Shown here piece by piece: positions 1 to 19,727 of a stretch of 64,000 nucleotides of DNA. This stretch comes from Dimorphilus gyrociliatus (Eukaryota > Animalia > Annelida). The stretch is taken from assembly GCA_904063045.1 (NCBI GenBank), contig CAJFCJ010000014.1, positions 310,001 to 374,000 on the forward strand, read 5' to 3'. Numbering within the stretch: the first letter of the stretch is position 1; each line of letters begins with the position of its first letter. The position numbers and the translations under genes were made by a program. The notes under the pieces were generated by a model. That model had not been told where the DNA came from. It saw nothing but the letters and a program-made list of their open reading frames with translations, and did no database searches.

Positions 1-50
1 GTCCATGTTTACTCAACACTTGTTCCAGTTTATATCTTTTTCCTTAATCA

Positions 51-53
<3 letters not shown>

Positions 54-106
<53 letters not shown>
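54..106. repeat. (CT)n microsatellite
   Basis: Direct reading. Confidence 0.95.
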
Positions 107-109
<3 letters not shown>

Positions 110-1789
110 AATCTGTCTGTCTCTTTGACATGTTTATAATATAGAAAATTGCATAAATCCCTTGTAAAGCGAGTGTTTCTTGAAGGGGTGACATGAGATC
201 TTTGATCGCTTACTAACCCTTTCCATTATCAGAAATATTTATTTTCCTTTATTTTTTCCATAGTTAGACTTTAAAGGTGTAATTTAAACGCCTCCATTCG
301 TCCTCTTTCCCCTATCGAATCAATTGAGGTATTTTCGAGTGCAGTTGTAATTGAAACTAGATTATTATTTTCTTTCTCTTTGCTATTCTACTAGTTCGAA
401 TGAAAGTAATTTAAAAATAAGAAATGCAGTTGTTGGCATCGATTAGAGAAAGGGTGGATGGGATGGAAATGAGGGGGTGAAAAAAAAAAGAAGGAAGGAG
501 CATGTTAAAAATAAAATTGAAGGCCTATAATTAAACGCCAACGCACGTGGAAGAATGTAAGCTTTTTTTTAGTTTGAAATGTATTTGCATTAAATCGTGA
601 AATGTAAAAAAGAAATTAGCAGTTTAATTCTCTTTTCTTAACAAGTTGAAAGCCAAAACTTGCTTTTTGTTAATATTGTTTAGCAAGAGAAATTCGAATG
701 CATACGATAATTCAAAAATTTATTATAATCTTTTGAACAGGCAATGCAATATGTTTTACTTGAACATTTTCTTAGAAATTGTATAAAATTCCTTGTCAAT
801 AATAGAATTCTTAATAAATCATTATAAATCTTATATATACAGTATATATATATATTATTCTATTAAGATTAATAATAAAAGATATTAAAGACGGTAACGG
901 CAAGTTGCTTTGAAAAAAGCAACAGTAAAAATTTTCTCTTACATAACAGGTAAAGTGTATGTTATTCTTAGTATAGGCCTTCCTCCCTATAAAAATCTAA
1001 TGTTAATGTAACGCCTATTGACGACCAGCTATTTATATACATCAATAAATAATTATTCACTCTTATTTTTTTCTGCCTACGCACTTAAAAAAAAAACTGT
1101 AGATAATCAATTGGTCAATGTCCCTCCTATTGAACGCATGTTAACTTGGCGAATCACGTGATCAAGTGCATCCTTTAAGTTTAATTAGTAAGTTAAAATC
1201 ATTGCTTTTTCGATATTTTAGTGTCTTTTTTAATGGATTGTTAAATTATATATCTGCCCTATATTTTGCTTTTTGAGGAAAAGAAAGGTAAAAATTGAAG
1301 AAAAGCTGTTGAAATATTTAATGTTCCTTTATTTATCTTGTGTTTGTCAAATGAGAGATTTATAAAAAGGAAAGGAAGACAAAGATAAAATCAAAGAGAA
1401 AAGAAGGAAAATAAAAATGTTTTATATAATCAAAGAATTATTGAAATTATTTGAGTGTGTAAGGAATATTTAATGCTGTATACAGTATATTCCAGTTTTG
1501 CCTCTCATCTACTATTTTTGAAATGTCTATCTCTCCTCTCTCTCTCTGAATAGAATTGCTATAGTCTCTCATAAGAATGCTTTTTCATGCAAATTTTGCA
1601 TACTGTCTACTCATCACATCATTCTTATGGTTAACATGACTAAAACCTCCACCCATAACTATTATATAAATCAATAGGTGTGGTAAAAGAGACGTTACAC
1701 AATGCGTTAATTCGCTCCAGTTTCAGGTCTGTTTATGAATCAGTAAAATGCCGAGTCAACCAAAAGGGTGCATATATACAGTCTATACA

Positions 1790-1824
<35 letters not shown>

Positions 1825-2547
1825 GTTATATGTATAGAGAATATATTTAGATTTGCACACTTGTATCTACACGCAACAAATCTAGCTCGAGGAGACATGA
1901 TAATGAATGAAATAACGATTACTTTGCAATCAAAGAATGTAGGAAAGAGACTGGGAAAAGGGAATAGAATAGGAATAATGTTCCGCTCGTTAAAAAAATA
2001 TGCCAATTTCTATTAACAGCTACATTAAAAAAATAAGAAATGCTATAACGCCAGATGATGGGATAGGCTTAATCAAGTGGAAAGAAAGAATGAAGGAGAA
2101 AGAGAAAGATATATATATATATATTAATTAAAAAAGAAACTCTTGCTGGGGGTGTTATAGACCTGTTTAACGTTTTATTATTATTGCTTTATCTCATTGG
2201 AGATTAAAAAACAGTAAGAGGAGTTTCAAGAAACGAGGAGGGGAGGCTAGCGAAGAAGTGATAAAAAAAAGAGAAATACAAGAGGCCAGTTAAGAGACAG
2301 GAGAGAGATGAAGAGAGAGCGAGAGAACAAAATCATTTTTCATTAGAAATATACCCAAAAGAAAATACAAACTCCTTTAATTACGTATAAAAATCAATTA
2401 GTTTCCATTGAAAACGCTCTCAAAAAATGGCCTAGAAAATAGCCTACTAATTATATTCTAAAATAATTAAACTAGAGATTGTAGATCGCCCTTATACACC
2501 ATCATACTTATATAGCCAAGTTGTTGGCGCCAAAACCAGCGCTGATT

Positions 2548-2598
2548 TGCGTCATTCGTTGCCAGGGGATACCAACAGCACAGGAAACGATGACGTAA
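2548..2598. promoter_or_regulatory. SIK proximal promoter motifs
   Basis: TGCGTCA 2548-2554, GTTGCCAGGGGATAC (X-box-like) 2558-2572 and TGACGTAA 2591-2598, ~130-180 bp upstream of the ATG. Confidence 0.5.
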
Positions 2599-2639
2599 GC
2601 AGAAATTTTAGCATGACTTTTTCTTTACTAGTTTCCTGA

Positions 2640-8617
<5,978 letters not shown>

Positions 8618-8911
8618 GACATTGTAGAACAAACAAGCAAAAAGTCAAATTGGATGAAAGAAGATAAATAAGAATATCCTTGAATCACTTTTTTTTTCCA
8701 GTCTCACTAGAAGTTTGGCGTTGCTGGTTCGACGCCTCAATGAAAAATAATAATAATAAAAACACATAAAAAAGATAATGTGCCATAAAAGAAGATTTCA
8801 TGCAAAAAAATGAAAAATTGAAAACCAGAACAAAAAAAATGGAACAGATAAAAACAAAAACAAAAAAAAACACTCATTCGAAAAGACTGTTGTGCACATG
8901 GAAAAACGTAT

Positions 8912-8947
<36 letters not shown>

Positions 8948-8987
8948 CAACTCTCTAATTCTCACAGCTTATCTAACTCCTCTCTTT

Positions 8988-9022
<35 letters not shown>

Positions 9023-10542
9023 GGCTATACCTCTTATTCTTTGGAAGAAAGGAAAAAAAACATTATCGTAGAGGCGATTCTTTAGTGCATTTATTATACA
9101 AAGAAAGCTACAGGCCATTTCTAATTGAAATAGAACTGTTTATTTATTTATTTATAAAATTTTCGTATGAATATAAAAAAATAACTAAGGGCTATTTTCA
9201 ATTTTCTCTCTTTTATTTCTTTTTTACTTTTCACCGCGTACGACTCTTTCTTTCTCTTCTTCCTCTTCTTCTTCTTTTGTATCCTATACCTATAACTCTA
9301 GAGAAAGCAGAGGCGGAATAAATCAACGTTTTTCCACCTCCCTTGGCCTACTTTGTTACGTCCATTTGTAAGATAGTGTATTATAAAGGCAATAGAAAAT
9401 GTCGGTCAGTCTCCTAAAAGGAAAAACAGTAAGAGAAAACAAAGGATTAAATATTCTTGACAATCTATTTTCGTTTGTAGTTGTTTGTTTTTGCTGTAAA
9501 GTAAAAATAAACAAAGAAATAAATTCCTAGAATTACTTGTTCAATCATTTTGCTTTTTGAATGCTAGAGTTTAAACATTGTATTACTTATATATCTTTAT
9601 TCGTTCAAGAAGAGAGAGAAACAAAAGGAACATACATATACATATATGTAGAGACTGAATTACAAGATAACAAGGATAAAAAGAGAAAAGAGAAGATAAA
9701 AATTTTTATTCAAAACATCACAGATAACTTTGATTGGCCTTGTTTATCTTTGAATATATAAATATATATATTTAAAAATGTATACATGGAGATACATATG
9801 TGTGTATAATGTACTTTAGCAAGCACTTCTTTTCAATTGAAGTTTGTTTGGTTTGTATGTGAAAACATTAAAGATATACGCCTTGTTTGTTTTGGGGTTT
9901 TTAGGATAACTACTTGAAAAAAATCTTCTTTCCTGTTCTAATTAGATAAAACAATAAAAAACAAAAAGTATCTTTGAATATAAATGACCAGATAACAAAA
10001 ATAAGGAGAAGGTAGGAGCAGAAAGGTGGTTTCTCTCTTTTCAACTTTCGTAAGTTTCTTCAGTTAAGCTGAGTTCATCTAATTCCGACTATAAAGGATA
10101 AGAATAAAAAAAGAAACAGATTAATAATACTGCAATACTGTAATTTATAGAAAGCACATAAAAAATAACATTTAATTTAATAGACTATAGTCAGCAGAGG
10201 AAGGAGAAAAGTGGAATGGAAGGATAACGCGGAAAAATGAGCACAAATTACAAATCGTCAAAAACAGTCAGCTCTTTGCCCGCAGTGTTTTCGAATAGGA
10301 ATATGGAATAAATAGATTGATTGATCAACGAAAATATGGATGGGTGGAGGGCTTGATAGATGAATGATTGGGTGAAGAAGAGTTTAGGAGGGGATACGAC
10401 GAGGAATAGAGATAGAGAGGGAGAGGGAGAGACGTACCTTGTTACTGTGTTTTTTGTAAAATAGTTTAATATAAAGGTAAGCAATTAATGAAAATTAATA
10501 AAAGATTGTTAGCGTTATTGATATCTTTTGGTAAATTCCTTA

Positions 10543-13500
10543 TCAATTATCACTTACGTTTGCGGCGCCACCTCTCGAAGCAGGTCTTTGGCGAACGCCT
10601 CCACTTGATCCACTCAGGGATGGATCAGAATCCCATCTTTCAAGTTCTTCTCTAACTAAACGTTCCATCTGTTCTCTTTTCTCCTCGTCGTTACCACTTT
10701 CTGTTATACTATCTAAAATTTTGCTCATTGTTTCTCTTCTCTTACTCTTTGCCCTCTCCATGGCTTCTAATTTGACAAGTACAGCGTCTATTTTAGATAC
10801 AATAGAACCAATAGAATGCTCCATTCTGTCTACTCGTCTTGCGAGTACTGTGAACTCTTCGAAAGAAACCCCCGATACAACTCCTCCACTACCACCTCTA
10901 TGACCTCTGAGATCATCTTCCTCACTAGTTTCAGAACCCATACTACTTCCGGGTCTGGCAGTTTTTGGTCTGGATGATAGCGGTCTTTCGCCACCTTCAG
11001 CATCTGCTAAATCGCTGTTTAATTTCTGCTTTTGACCTTCCAAGTCAGCCTGCATTCTCTTCTGTTCCTCTTCATCCAAGATTCTATCGCCGTCCAAATC
11101 GTATTTAGCGAATACAGCTTCGATTTCTGCTTCGGCATAGCCTCTAGTCTTTAGATCTTGTCTCCATTCATCAAAGTCCAATTGTTTATCCTGATTAATA
11201 TCAGCCGATTGTAGAGCCTTTTGGATATCGATTATCTTGTCTCTCTTGATGTTTAATTTCTCCAACATTCTATCGTAGCCCTTCTTAAAGTAATCAGCCA
11301 TTTCGAATTCGTTAGTTTGGTTCGAAATATCGGCTTTAACTTCCGAGTATGTATCGTTAATAATGGCCAAGAACATGTTGAGTAGTACGAAGAAAACGAA
11401 GAAAACGTACAAGATGAAATAGATTGGACCGAGTACTCTGTTGGCTGCTTCCAACTCGTGGAAATTGAAATCACCCAAAATAATTCTAAATAGAGTAAAG
11501 ATAGAACTTGGGAAGGATGAAAAGTCCTTAACTTGTGTGCCAAAGATCAAATAACCGAGTTGGGCAAATGCCAAGAAAACTATAAAGAACATGACGGCGA
11601 ACCCGGCCAAATCCTTTGCGCATCTTGCCAATGTGGAGCTGAGTTGAGTCATGGTTTTATTAAATGAAATGTACTTGAAGACTTTAACCCAAGCAAAGAA
11701 AACCGTGATAGCAATTGCGCTGTTGAATTGAACTTGCCAATAGGAAAGGAATTCAAAATCAGGATATTCTTCCGGTTTCTTTAGCAAATCATTTAACATC
11801 TTATTAACTTTGATCGTTCTATAAATAAGATAAAAATATATTAATTAGAGAGGAGACTATCATCTGAGGGAGAGAGAGAGAGAGGGATAGGGATTTCTTA
11901 CCTGTAAATGTTAAATGCTACACAAATAAGGGAAATGATGATGACAAGTATATCAAGAATATTCCAGAAGCTCTTAAAATAAGAAAATTTTAGCTTCTTT
12001 ATCTCCAAGGCTTCTTCAACGATGTAATAACAAATGAACAGGCAGAAAATAGCTTCGCATGCCAAGACAAAGTAATCTCCAACGGTTACGTAACGGATAA
12101 GTTTGACAGTTCTAAAGTTCCAGGAAGGTATAGCACCTCCAGTTGCTGGGAATTCTATTAGTAATCTTATAACGCAAAATAGGTTGATGTTTGCGTTATA
12201 GACGCTAAAATCTATAAAAACTGCTCTTGTTCCTCTATCCAACCAAAGATTGTCCTTAAGTTCTTTAATAAGTTCATAGGATTTAACTTTGGTAGTTCCT
12301 AAATTTTGTACGTAGCCACCGCCTCCGTATCTACTGATAAGACCCCAATGGGACGATCCGTCCAATTGCTCGTCAGTATGATATTTCCATCTATGGAAAA
12401 CAAACAATTACGATTAGGCGTTTATAAAAACTATATATATAATATAGATAAAACTAACGCTGATCCATTCATCTTGCCGAAGGGTTCTTTGTCCTCAATG
12501 CTTTTTGCGTAGCTGTCATAGCAGGCCTTGATCTCATTTCTAAAATCGTCATGAACAGTACAGGAATCGTTTTTAACCTTGGAAAAAACAAGAGGAGAGA
12601 AATGATAAAATACGCTTAGAACTCTATGAATACAGTATATTTACCTTTAATTGTCTAATCCTCGGTACTCCTAGTAGTTTGTTCTCGTAGAAAATATAGC
12701 CTAATTCTTCGTTGGTGACATTTTTACCGTTATACCATTGTTCCCAGTAGAGTCCGCTGACAAGAGGTCCTTCGGCAAACTAATTTTAGTAAAAAATTCC
12801 AGGAATTACACATCAACTTATTGGATACAAAAAAAAATAAATATTACTAATGTATATGCATCTTAAGATGAATAACAAAAGGCTAACAAGGGCGAAGGGG
12901 TTAAAGGATTTAGGTTAAAGATGAAACATATAAATATGCGCTTTATACAAAGAGGAGGGGGATGACGGAGAAAAGATTAATTAGTTGTCTAATAAACTCT
13001 TTTTTAAGTGAATGTTATGTTTCCTATAGAAATTGCATCGCGCGCCAAAATGACAGGGGAAATAAACATAAAAGGAGCTGTTTTATGGGTAAGCGATGAG
13101 CATTGCGCCAAGTTACCCTCCACATATCGGCCATAGTCGTCATTCCCCTATAATTGTTCTTCGTATCAGCAAAACTCGAATCAAGGAATAGTTCGCTCAT
13201 TACTTTCGTATAATAGTACATTGTCGAACTGGTCATACCGAACGTTACTGTAAACCGAATGACAAAGTGGTTAGTAAGTTCAAGAAAAATATAACTACCC
13301 GCCAAAAATCTTTTACAGTTGTCATTCCCCTGAAAGCGTTACGAGTTTCTTCAAATTGAGCGTCTAAAAACAGCTCGCTCATTACTTTTGTGTAGTAATA
13401 CATTGTCGGACTCGTCATACCAAACGTGACTGCCATGATATAAAATAATTAAAAAAAATCATTCTCTTTCTTTACAGCTTTAACTAAAATTCTTTTTATA

Positions 13501-15292
13501 TTAATATTCTAGCAAATCATCCACTCTCTTCCCTTCCCCCTTTTCATCATCATCATCATCATTATCATCTTCTTCTTCTTCTTCTTCTTCTTCCTACTCT
13601 TCTTATAGTAATTCTTAAAAGTTTAAACGTAATAGGAAAGGCTAAAAAATATTTTTTTTCAGCTGCCATCTGTCGGATTGCGTCTCTCTTTCACTCACTT
13701 CTTTTTTTATTTGAATAAAGTTTTTGTTGAATTTACTCGGTTGAATGTTGTATAATTATCTTTATATATAGATATATAAATACATTCAATATTTGCCTTA
13801 CCTACACACAAAACGACCAAGAAAACGATGTAGATTATCAATTCTCTTAGGGTTGTCTTTACGTGTAGCTCCTTGTCCTTTTTCGTATCTTCCGTTTGTC
13901 TTGTAGCCCATAACGCTAGAGGAGAATTACCATTACTATTTGTTATAACATTCTATCAATAGGAAAATATATTGGAAGGATAAAACTGCAAAAAATAGAT
14001 GACAAACTTCATACTGACAATCAATTGTTCAAACAAAAAAAGACGTTAGTTCATATCGATAACGGGCGTCAAAAGAGAGAAAAACTTGTTTGTAATGAAT
14101 AACTAAATCAATAATAAATCAATAAATGTCTTTCTTTTATTCAAAAACATTTTTTCTTTTTGGTCGATTCGTAAAGGACGACGCCATTTTAGTTTTGGTT
14201 CAATTTATTAATTTTCCTTGCAAATTTTCGATATCCGCTTTTCAAAGAATTGTTCAATTATAGTCGCTAAATAATAGATGAAGATTGAGTTGATTTGATT
14301 CTATCTTATTAATTATTCATAGATTTTTAATAACTAAAATAAAAGGCTTATATTGAATTGCGATTAAACTGTACATGTCCTCATGAATAAATTTAATTAA
14401 TCAATATCTGAATTGATTAAGCGATAGTCTAATGATGGTATATTCTAAAGAATAAGGTCATTTCCTCATATTCAATAAAAAGAGAAAGAAAGATAGATGT
14501 TGAATGTATTGATTATCTTGCATTTATCCGATCATTAGATCATTATTATTATTGTTCCTATTGATTTTGGCTATGTCTATTCTCTCCTCTTATCACCGAA
14601 TGCATGCTTCATGTAAAAGACTCTTACTTTTATGATAAAACTATACCTTGATTGATATTACATATTTTAAAATCTTTTAACTTTATATCATAGGTTCTCT
14701 TTCTTTCTCTTTCTCTTTCTCTTTCTCTTTCTCTTTCTCTTTCTCTTTCTCTTTCTCTTTCTCTTTCTCTTTCTCTTTCTCTTTCTCTTTCTATCTACCT
14801 ATCTATCTATCTATCTATCTATTTATCTATCTCTCTTTGTGCATGCTACAAGTTGTTCATGTTACTATTTCAATTTTGTTTTTAGTTTACTTACATCTAA
14901 CTGCTCTGGAGAACATGTTACAGCAACCAGACTTGGAATCTCTTGCAACAACGGGTTCGGGTCTCTCTTCCATTTGCACAGTTCCTTGATAGAGCTATAG
15001 GATAAAGAAGATAAATATATTTTTACCGTTGTTTATTATGTTATGATAATTTAGTTAAATAAAACTGTTACACAAACATAAAAATGAAAGAGAAAAATGA
15101 AAGAAAAGAGAAAGTTTTTCTTATTACCTCGCTTTCCATCGGAGCATGCATATCTTCTTCTTCGTTTCGGAATCTTGGGTTGTCGACTCCATCGTCCGAC
15201 CAGGCTTGCCTGCTTTGGGCAGAGCCGGGACGTTGGTTCGAAGCAGAGCTTAGCTGAGCACGGGATCGTGAACTTGCTGGACGAGTTGCCAT
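10543..15292 (-). CDS. PKD2: Polycystin-2 (TRPP) cation channel, ~842 aa per isoform
   Basis: Exons 15292-15128, 14994-14895, 13915-13802, (13429-13299 OR 13247-13117), 12779-12645, 12577-12459, 12390-11902, 11818-10543, all in phase. Motifs: [44 protein letters not shown], pore [21 protein letters not shown]-hand [12 protein letters not shown] and C-terminal coiled coil. Confidence 0.96.
13117..13247 (-). CDS. PKD2: PKD2 alternative exon 4b (131 nt): [44 protein letters not shown]
   Basis: Acceptor ttacag|TA at 13247, donor AGG|gtaact at 13117. Same length and phases as 4a. Confidence 0.9.
13299..13429 (-). CDS. PKD2: PKD2 alternative exon 4a (131 nt): [44 protein letters not shown]
   Basis: Acceptor ggcag|TC at 13429, donor CGG|gtagtt at 13299. 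Phase 1 in, phase 0 out. Confidence 0.9.
14704..14830. repeat. (TTTCTC)n hexamer array followed by (ATCT)n in PKD2 intron 2
   Basis: About 14 hexamer units, then tetramer units. Confidence 0.9.
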
Positions 15293-16405
15293 GATCAAGT
15301 GACGTTTACCTCAAAGCTAGACGCTTATTTGAACAGCGTTCGATTCCTATTCACGTCATCATAGTTGTCAAGGGAGCGGGTCGAAGGCGTCTCTTTTATA
15401 TATTTTATTTTATTTTACAGTTAATGTTACGGTTTATAATCTATAATCCAAATCGATTGTTTTTTTGAACGAAATCGTCGTCAGTTAGGAAAGTAGCTCG
15501 TGTGATTTCAATAACTTGTATTATAAGTGATTTCAATGCTTTATCTGTCTATGTGTAGGGGGAGGGGAATAATAGATAGGCCATTGCTAACCTCTTTATA
15601 TCTTTTTTACTTATTTTGCAATATGATTTTGTTCATACTGAACGTCTTTCTCTTCTGTAGCGCAGCCTGTAAATACTTCTCTTTTAAAGAGACCACGCTA
15701 GGTCCCGATCTATTGAAGACCCTGGAACTATTCTAACAATTTTTACAGGATATTCTCATCATTTAAGCCATATATCCGCCCTCTTACGTATAGTAGACCA
15801 ACGCCCTTTATAGCTTTTTTCCTTTCATTTGCGGAACACCTGTATACAGTATATATATCTATATAAATTTATATATCTGTCGATTATGTCGTTAAAATTT
15901 GGGCATTTTTTTCAAATAAATACAACAGGTGGCGTTCCAATAAATCATCTACGCAGGCAGGACCAAGAGATAATTTTAATGATTGTTTTTAAGTCGCTAA
16001 TTGTAAATAAAGTACATATTGTATATTTGTCACATTCGTTAAGGTTTCATTAAGAAGAAGCATGATGAATAATCGAAAAGAGAGAAACAGAAACAGTTTA
16101 CCAGACTGAACAGCGTAGGAGTTTTGAATGATTTATCAAGAACTGTTTGTTCCTTTTTTATATAAAAGGAATAGATTCGACTCGCCTTAAGTATTCATTA
16201 ACGATCAAACTAATTGCTTTATAAAGTATAGATAAGATTTTCAAAACGATATATTAGACAAATACTGCTTTAATTACAATTCGCGTTTAATTCTATATCA
16301 CCGTTAATTGAGTCTATTTACCTTTCAATACGTCTTTTGTCATTAACTTTTATTTATTAATTATTTTTTATTGTTTACATAAACTTAACCTAAAAATATA
16401 ATTTC

Positions 16406-19399
16406 TTAATCATTAAATCTTCTCCTCTTATTCCTATTATCATTTGAAAATGAACCATTGCCATAAGGTCTTTTCCCGCCGTTTCCTGATCGAAAATTAC
16501 CATTCTTTCTACCAAAACCACCGCCGCCACCACCTCCTCTTCTGTCCATTCTATTCCTATTCATACCGCCTCCTCCAAAACCTCCTCGTGAGAAACCTCG
16601 TCCGCCTTGACCTCTGTCGTAGCTTTCTTTTGAGGGCTCTATGATATCTGGTAATTCTGTTGCTCTTTCGAGAGAGTCATACTTTCCGTCAGTCCATCTC
16701 TCTTCGATGTAATGAATAAAATTGGAAGAGACGTCAAAGACGCAACCCTAATGTAAGCAAAGATATTATTAACTAGTTAAACGAGCGTTAAAGAGATATG
16801 TCAATTTACCATTTTGTCAGTGGTAAATCTCATTTCGCGTACTCCCTCCCGAACACTTGTTCCAAGCCTCCTTTCTAAACTCATGAAAACGTAGCCTGGT
16901 CCTCTTATTTCCATATTTGTTTTAAAATAATATGTTCGACAGCCCTTAGCTGACGTCAGTAAGCTCCTTTCTTCGACATTCTTCATTCCGGATATCACTG
17001 CTAATGCTCTAGCCAATTGATCGACCGCATCCTTTTCTTCTAAAATGCCTGTGGCAGCTTCTTTAAATTTTTCTAAAACTCCCTCATCGACACTTTCTAA
17101 AGATTTAGCTGCGTCCTTGGCTGCCGCCGTTACTAAGTCATTTAAAGTTGGAGCTCCTATCCTCTTAAACTTAATCCCTATGAAATTAATTAATTATTAT
17201 ACCAATTGACAGGCATTAAGAATTTGAGAGATATAGTTAAATCAATACGTTAATATATGTATACATATAACTCCCTTTACCTGCTTTCTGTTCCACTATT
17301 CTTAAATCCGCCAGCGCCCTTGGTTTATAAAAGCAAACACATGCACCAGACCTTCCGGCTCTCCCTGTTCTTCCTGATCTATGAATATACGAGTCGACAT
17401 CTTTTGGTGGCTCTAATTGAATAACTAAATCGACTTCAGGTATATCTAATCCACGGGCTGCTACATCTGTTGTAATCAGGACTTTATATTTTCCTTCTCG
17501 AAATCCGGCTAACACCATTTCTCTTTTATCTTGAGGAATATCACCATGCAGAACATGACATTCTTGGCGTATTGAAGACGATACGGTTAACTCGTCAGCA
17601 TCCCTTTTTGTTGGAGCGAAAATCATAGCCCTTCCGTGTTCACCACTATAAAACTGTTAAAAGAGAATAAAAAAGCTATATTTTATAAATTAAAGGTAAA
17701 ATATATTTACCTGTAAAACATCACCAACGGTTGCTGCTCGGTCTGAATAATTACATTTTATTGCTAAATGTTGCACAGTTTCAGCCGTTCTATTTACTCT
17801 TCTACCAACCATATCAACAACTTTATAGTTGTCAGTCATATATTTTTTGGCTGTTTTGTAAACCCAATCGGGAGTTGTTGCGGAAAAGAGTAATGTTTGT
17901 GGATTTTTTGCAGATTCGTCATTCAAGTCGTAGGCAAATTTTAAAACTTCCTCAACGATATCAGCAAATCCCATATCAAGCATCCTATCTACTTCGTCCA
18001 GTACAACGTGTTTAAGTTCATGCAATTTTAATGTCTTCTTTTCAGCCAAATCTTTTATTCTACCAGGAGTTCCAACGACAACATCTACACCCCTAGATAA
18101 TTCTCTTTCTTGTTTCTCATAAGGGACACCGCCGTATATACTCATTACTTGAAGATTATCGCTAAGACTCTCAAAATTATCAGCAACCTGTTTTGCTAAT
18201 TCCCTAGTGGGGACCATAACTAATATCCTAGGACATCTACCCCTTTTAGAAGAAGGCTCAAGACGTTCGACTAAAGGTAAAGCAAAGGAAAAAGTTTTTC
18301 CACTTCCTGTTCTAGATTGAGCAATGACGTCATTACCTAGAGAGAAAGAGAAAAATAATTAAAATAGTATAAATCTATATTCAAAATAAATCTCTAAATA
18401 TGAAAATGGTTAAGTATAATACAGATCCTAAATGAAAACAGAAACATTGGTTATATGCATAATATATGTAAACAGTAAAAGGCTTTATTCATATAGTGAT
18501 TCATGTTTAGTAGACAACGTTGCAAAGAAAAAAAAGGAAAGGAAAGTCAGGCATAAAATCCCTATTAAAAGGAGGGCAGTATTATTTATAGAATAGAAAG
18601 AATGATTCATTTCCCTATAATTCTTGTTTAGTAACAAGAGAAGAATAGAAAAAAAAACTTGGAGATATGTGGTTTTACTTTACTAAGAACAAGGGAAGAA
18701 ATACTAAAAAACTTACCGTCGTAGACAATGTCAAAGGTTTTTACTTGTATTGGAAAGAGATATTTAATACCCAAACTCCTAAGCTTGTTCTTTGTATCAG
18801 GACATATTGAAAAATTGTCAAAATCTCCTTCTTTCTCTTCAATTGATAAGCTATTATCTACGTCTTCCTCTGCATGATTATGATTACCATTATCCTTATC
18901 ATTCCCATTTTCCAATTTCTTCTTTCTCTTCTTATCATTAGCGTTCACTTCCTCACCATTAACCTGTATATAAAATAGAGATGCATATGTAGACAAATGA
19001 GAAAAGAGGTCAACGTATTATCTCTTAACCCAGTGTTTAAGTTAGTCAACATTTAAGACGCAATTAATGAATTTCTATGGAAAAAGAAAACTGGTAATAA
19101 AGAACAAAGATTAAGATTAAAATAGTGATTTAATAAGTAATACATTTGTATTAGATATATAGAAGAGACGTATTTACCGTTCTCTTTATTATTTTAGCGA
19201 TTAGACAATAGCTTCTACAAAATGAAGTATAGCAGTTTCTAATCTACTCATTATGAAATAGCTTCCCACGTGTTTCTAGTAAAACGACGTATTATCCCTC
19301 ATATTCTATTTGATTGAACGGTAGATCACTTACCTTTCTTTTTGAAAGTTTAGATATTTTGCTAGAATTTTTATTTTCGCTTTCTCTTTCAATTTTCAT
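16406..19399 (-). CDS. DDX21: Nucleolar DEAD-box RNA helicase 2 (DDX21/DDX50 family), ~673 aa
   Basis: Exons 19399-19334, 18963-18717, 18336-17711, 17653-17281, 17177-16810, 16747-16406. Q motif [57 protein letters not shown]-like region and RGG-rich tail. First exon assignment is less certain. Confidence 0.93.
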
Positions 19400-19727
19400 T
19401 CCGGAATTTAGGTTTTTTAATAAAATAAAACTTTCCTTGGCTATTTCTACAAGTTTCGATTATATCGAAAGTGTTTTCCCTATCGGAAGTTGAATGACGT
19501 CACACATGAGTTTTTTCTCGTATAATAAATATTAATATTGTTTATTAGAATTTCTATAATAAGCTAAGTATAAATAAAAACGAACCATATTTATACGAAA
19601 TATATAAATAAATATTAATCAACCCCCTCAACGCAACCTAGCGGCAATTTGTAATATAAACAAAATGGCCACCTAAATAATTATTTAATCTGAGTTTCGC
19701 CGCCGAAAAACGTACACTAACAGAATC
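19400..19727. promoter_or_regulatory. Bidirectional promoter between DDX21 and APP start codons (328 bp)
   Basis: Divergent ATGs at 19399(-) and 19728(+). Contains TGACGTCA at 19495-19502, CGGAAGT (ETS-like) near 19484 and CAAAATGGCC (YY1-like) at 19661-19670. Confidence 0.6.

Noticed and set aside
1740-2016. YIYIYI-type ORFs here and at 25335-25664, 25751-25942, and LSLSLS ORFs elsewhere
   Set aside because: Translations of TA/GA microsatellites.
18990-19080. Possible H/ACA snoRNA in DDX21 intron 1 (tcttaa..ttaaga stem, AGATAA, ACA on the minus strand)
   Set aside because: The second hairpin is unconvincing and the motifs are common in AT-rich DNA; an Rfam search is needed.
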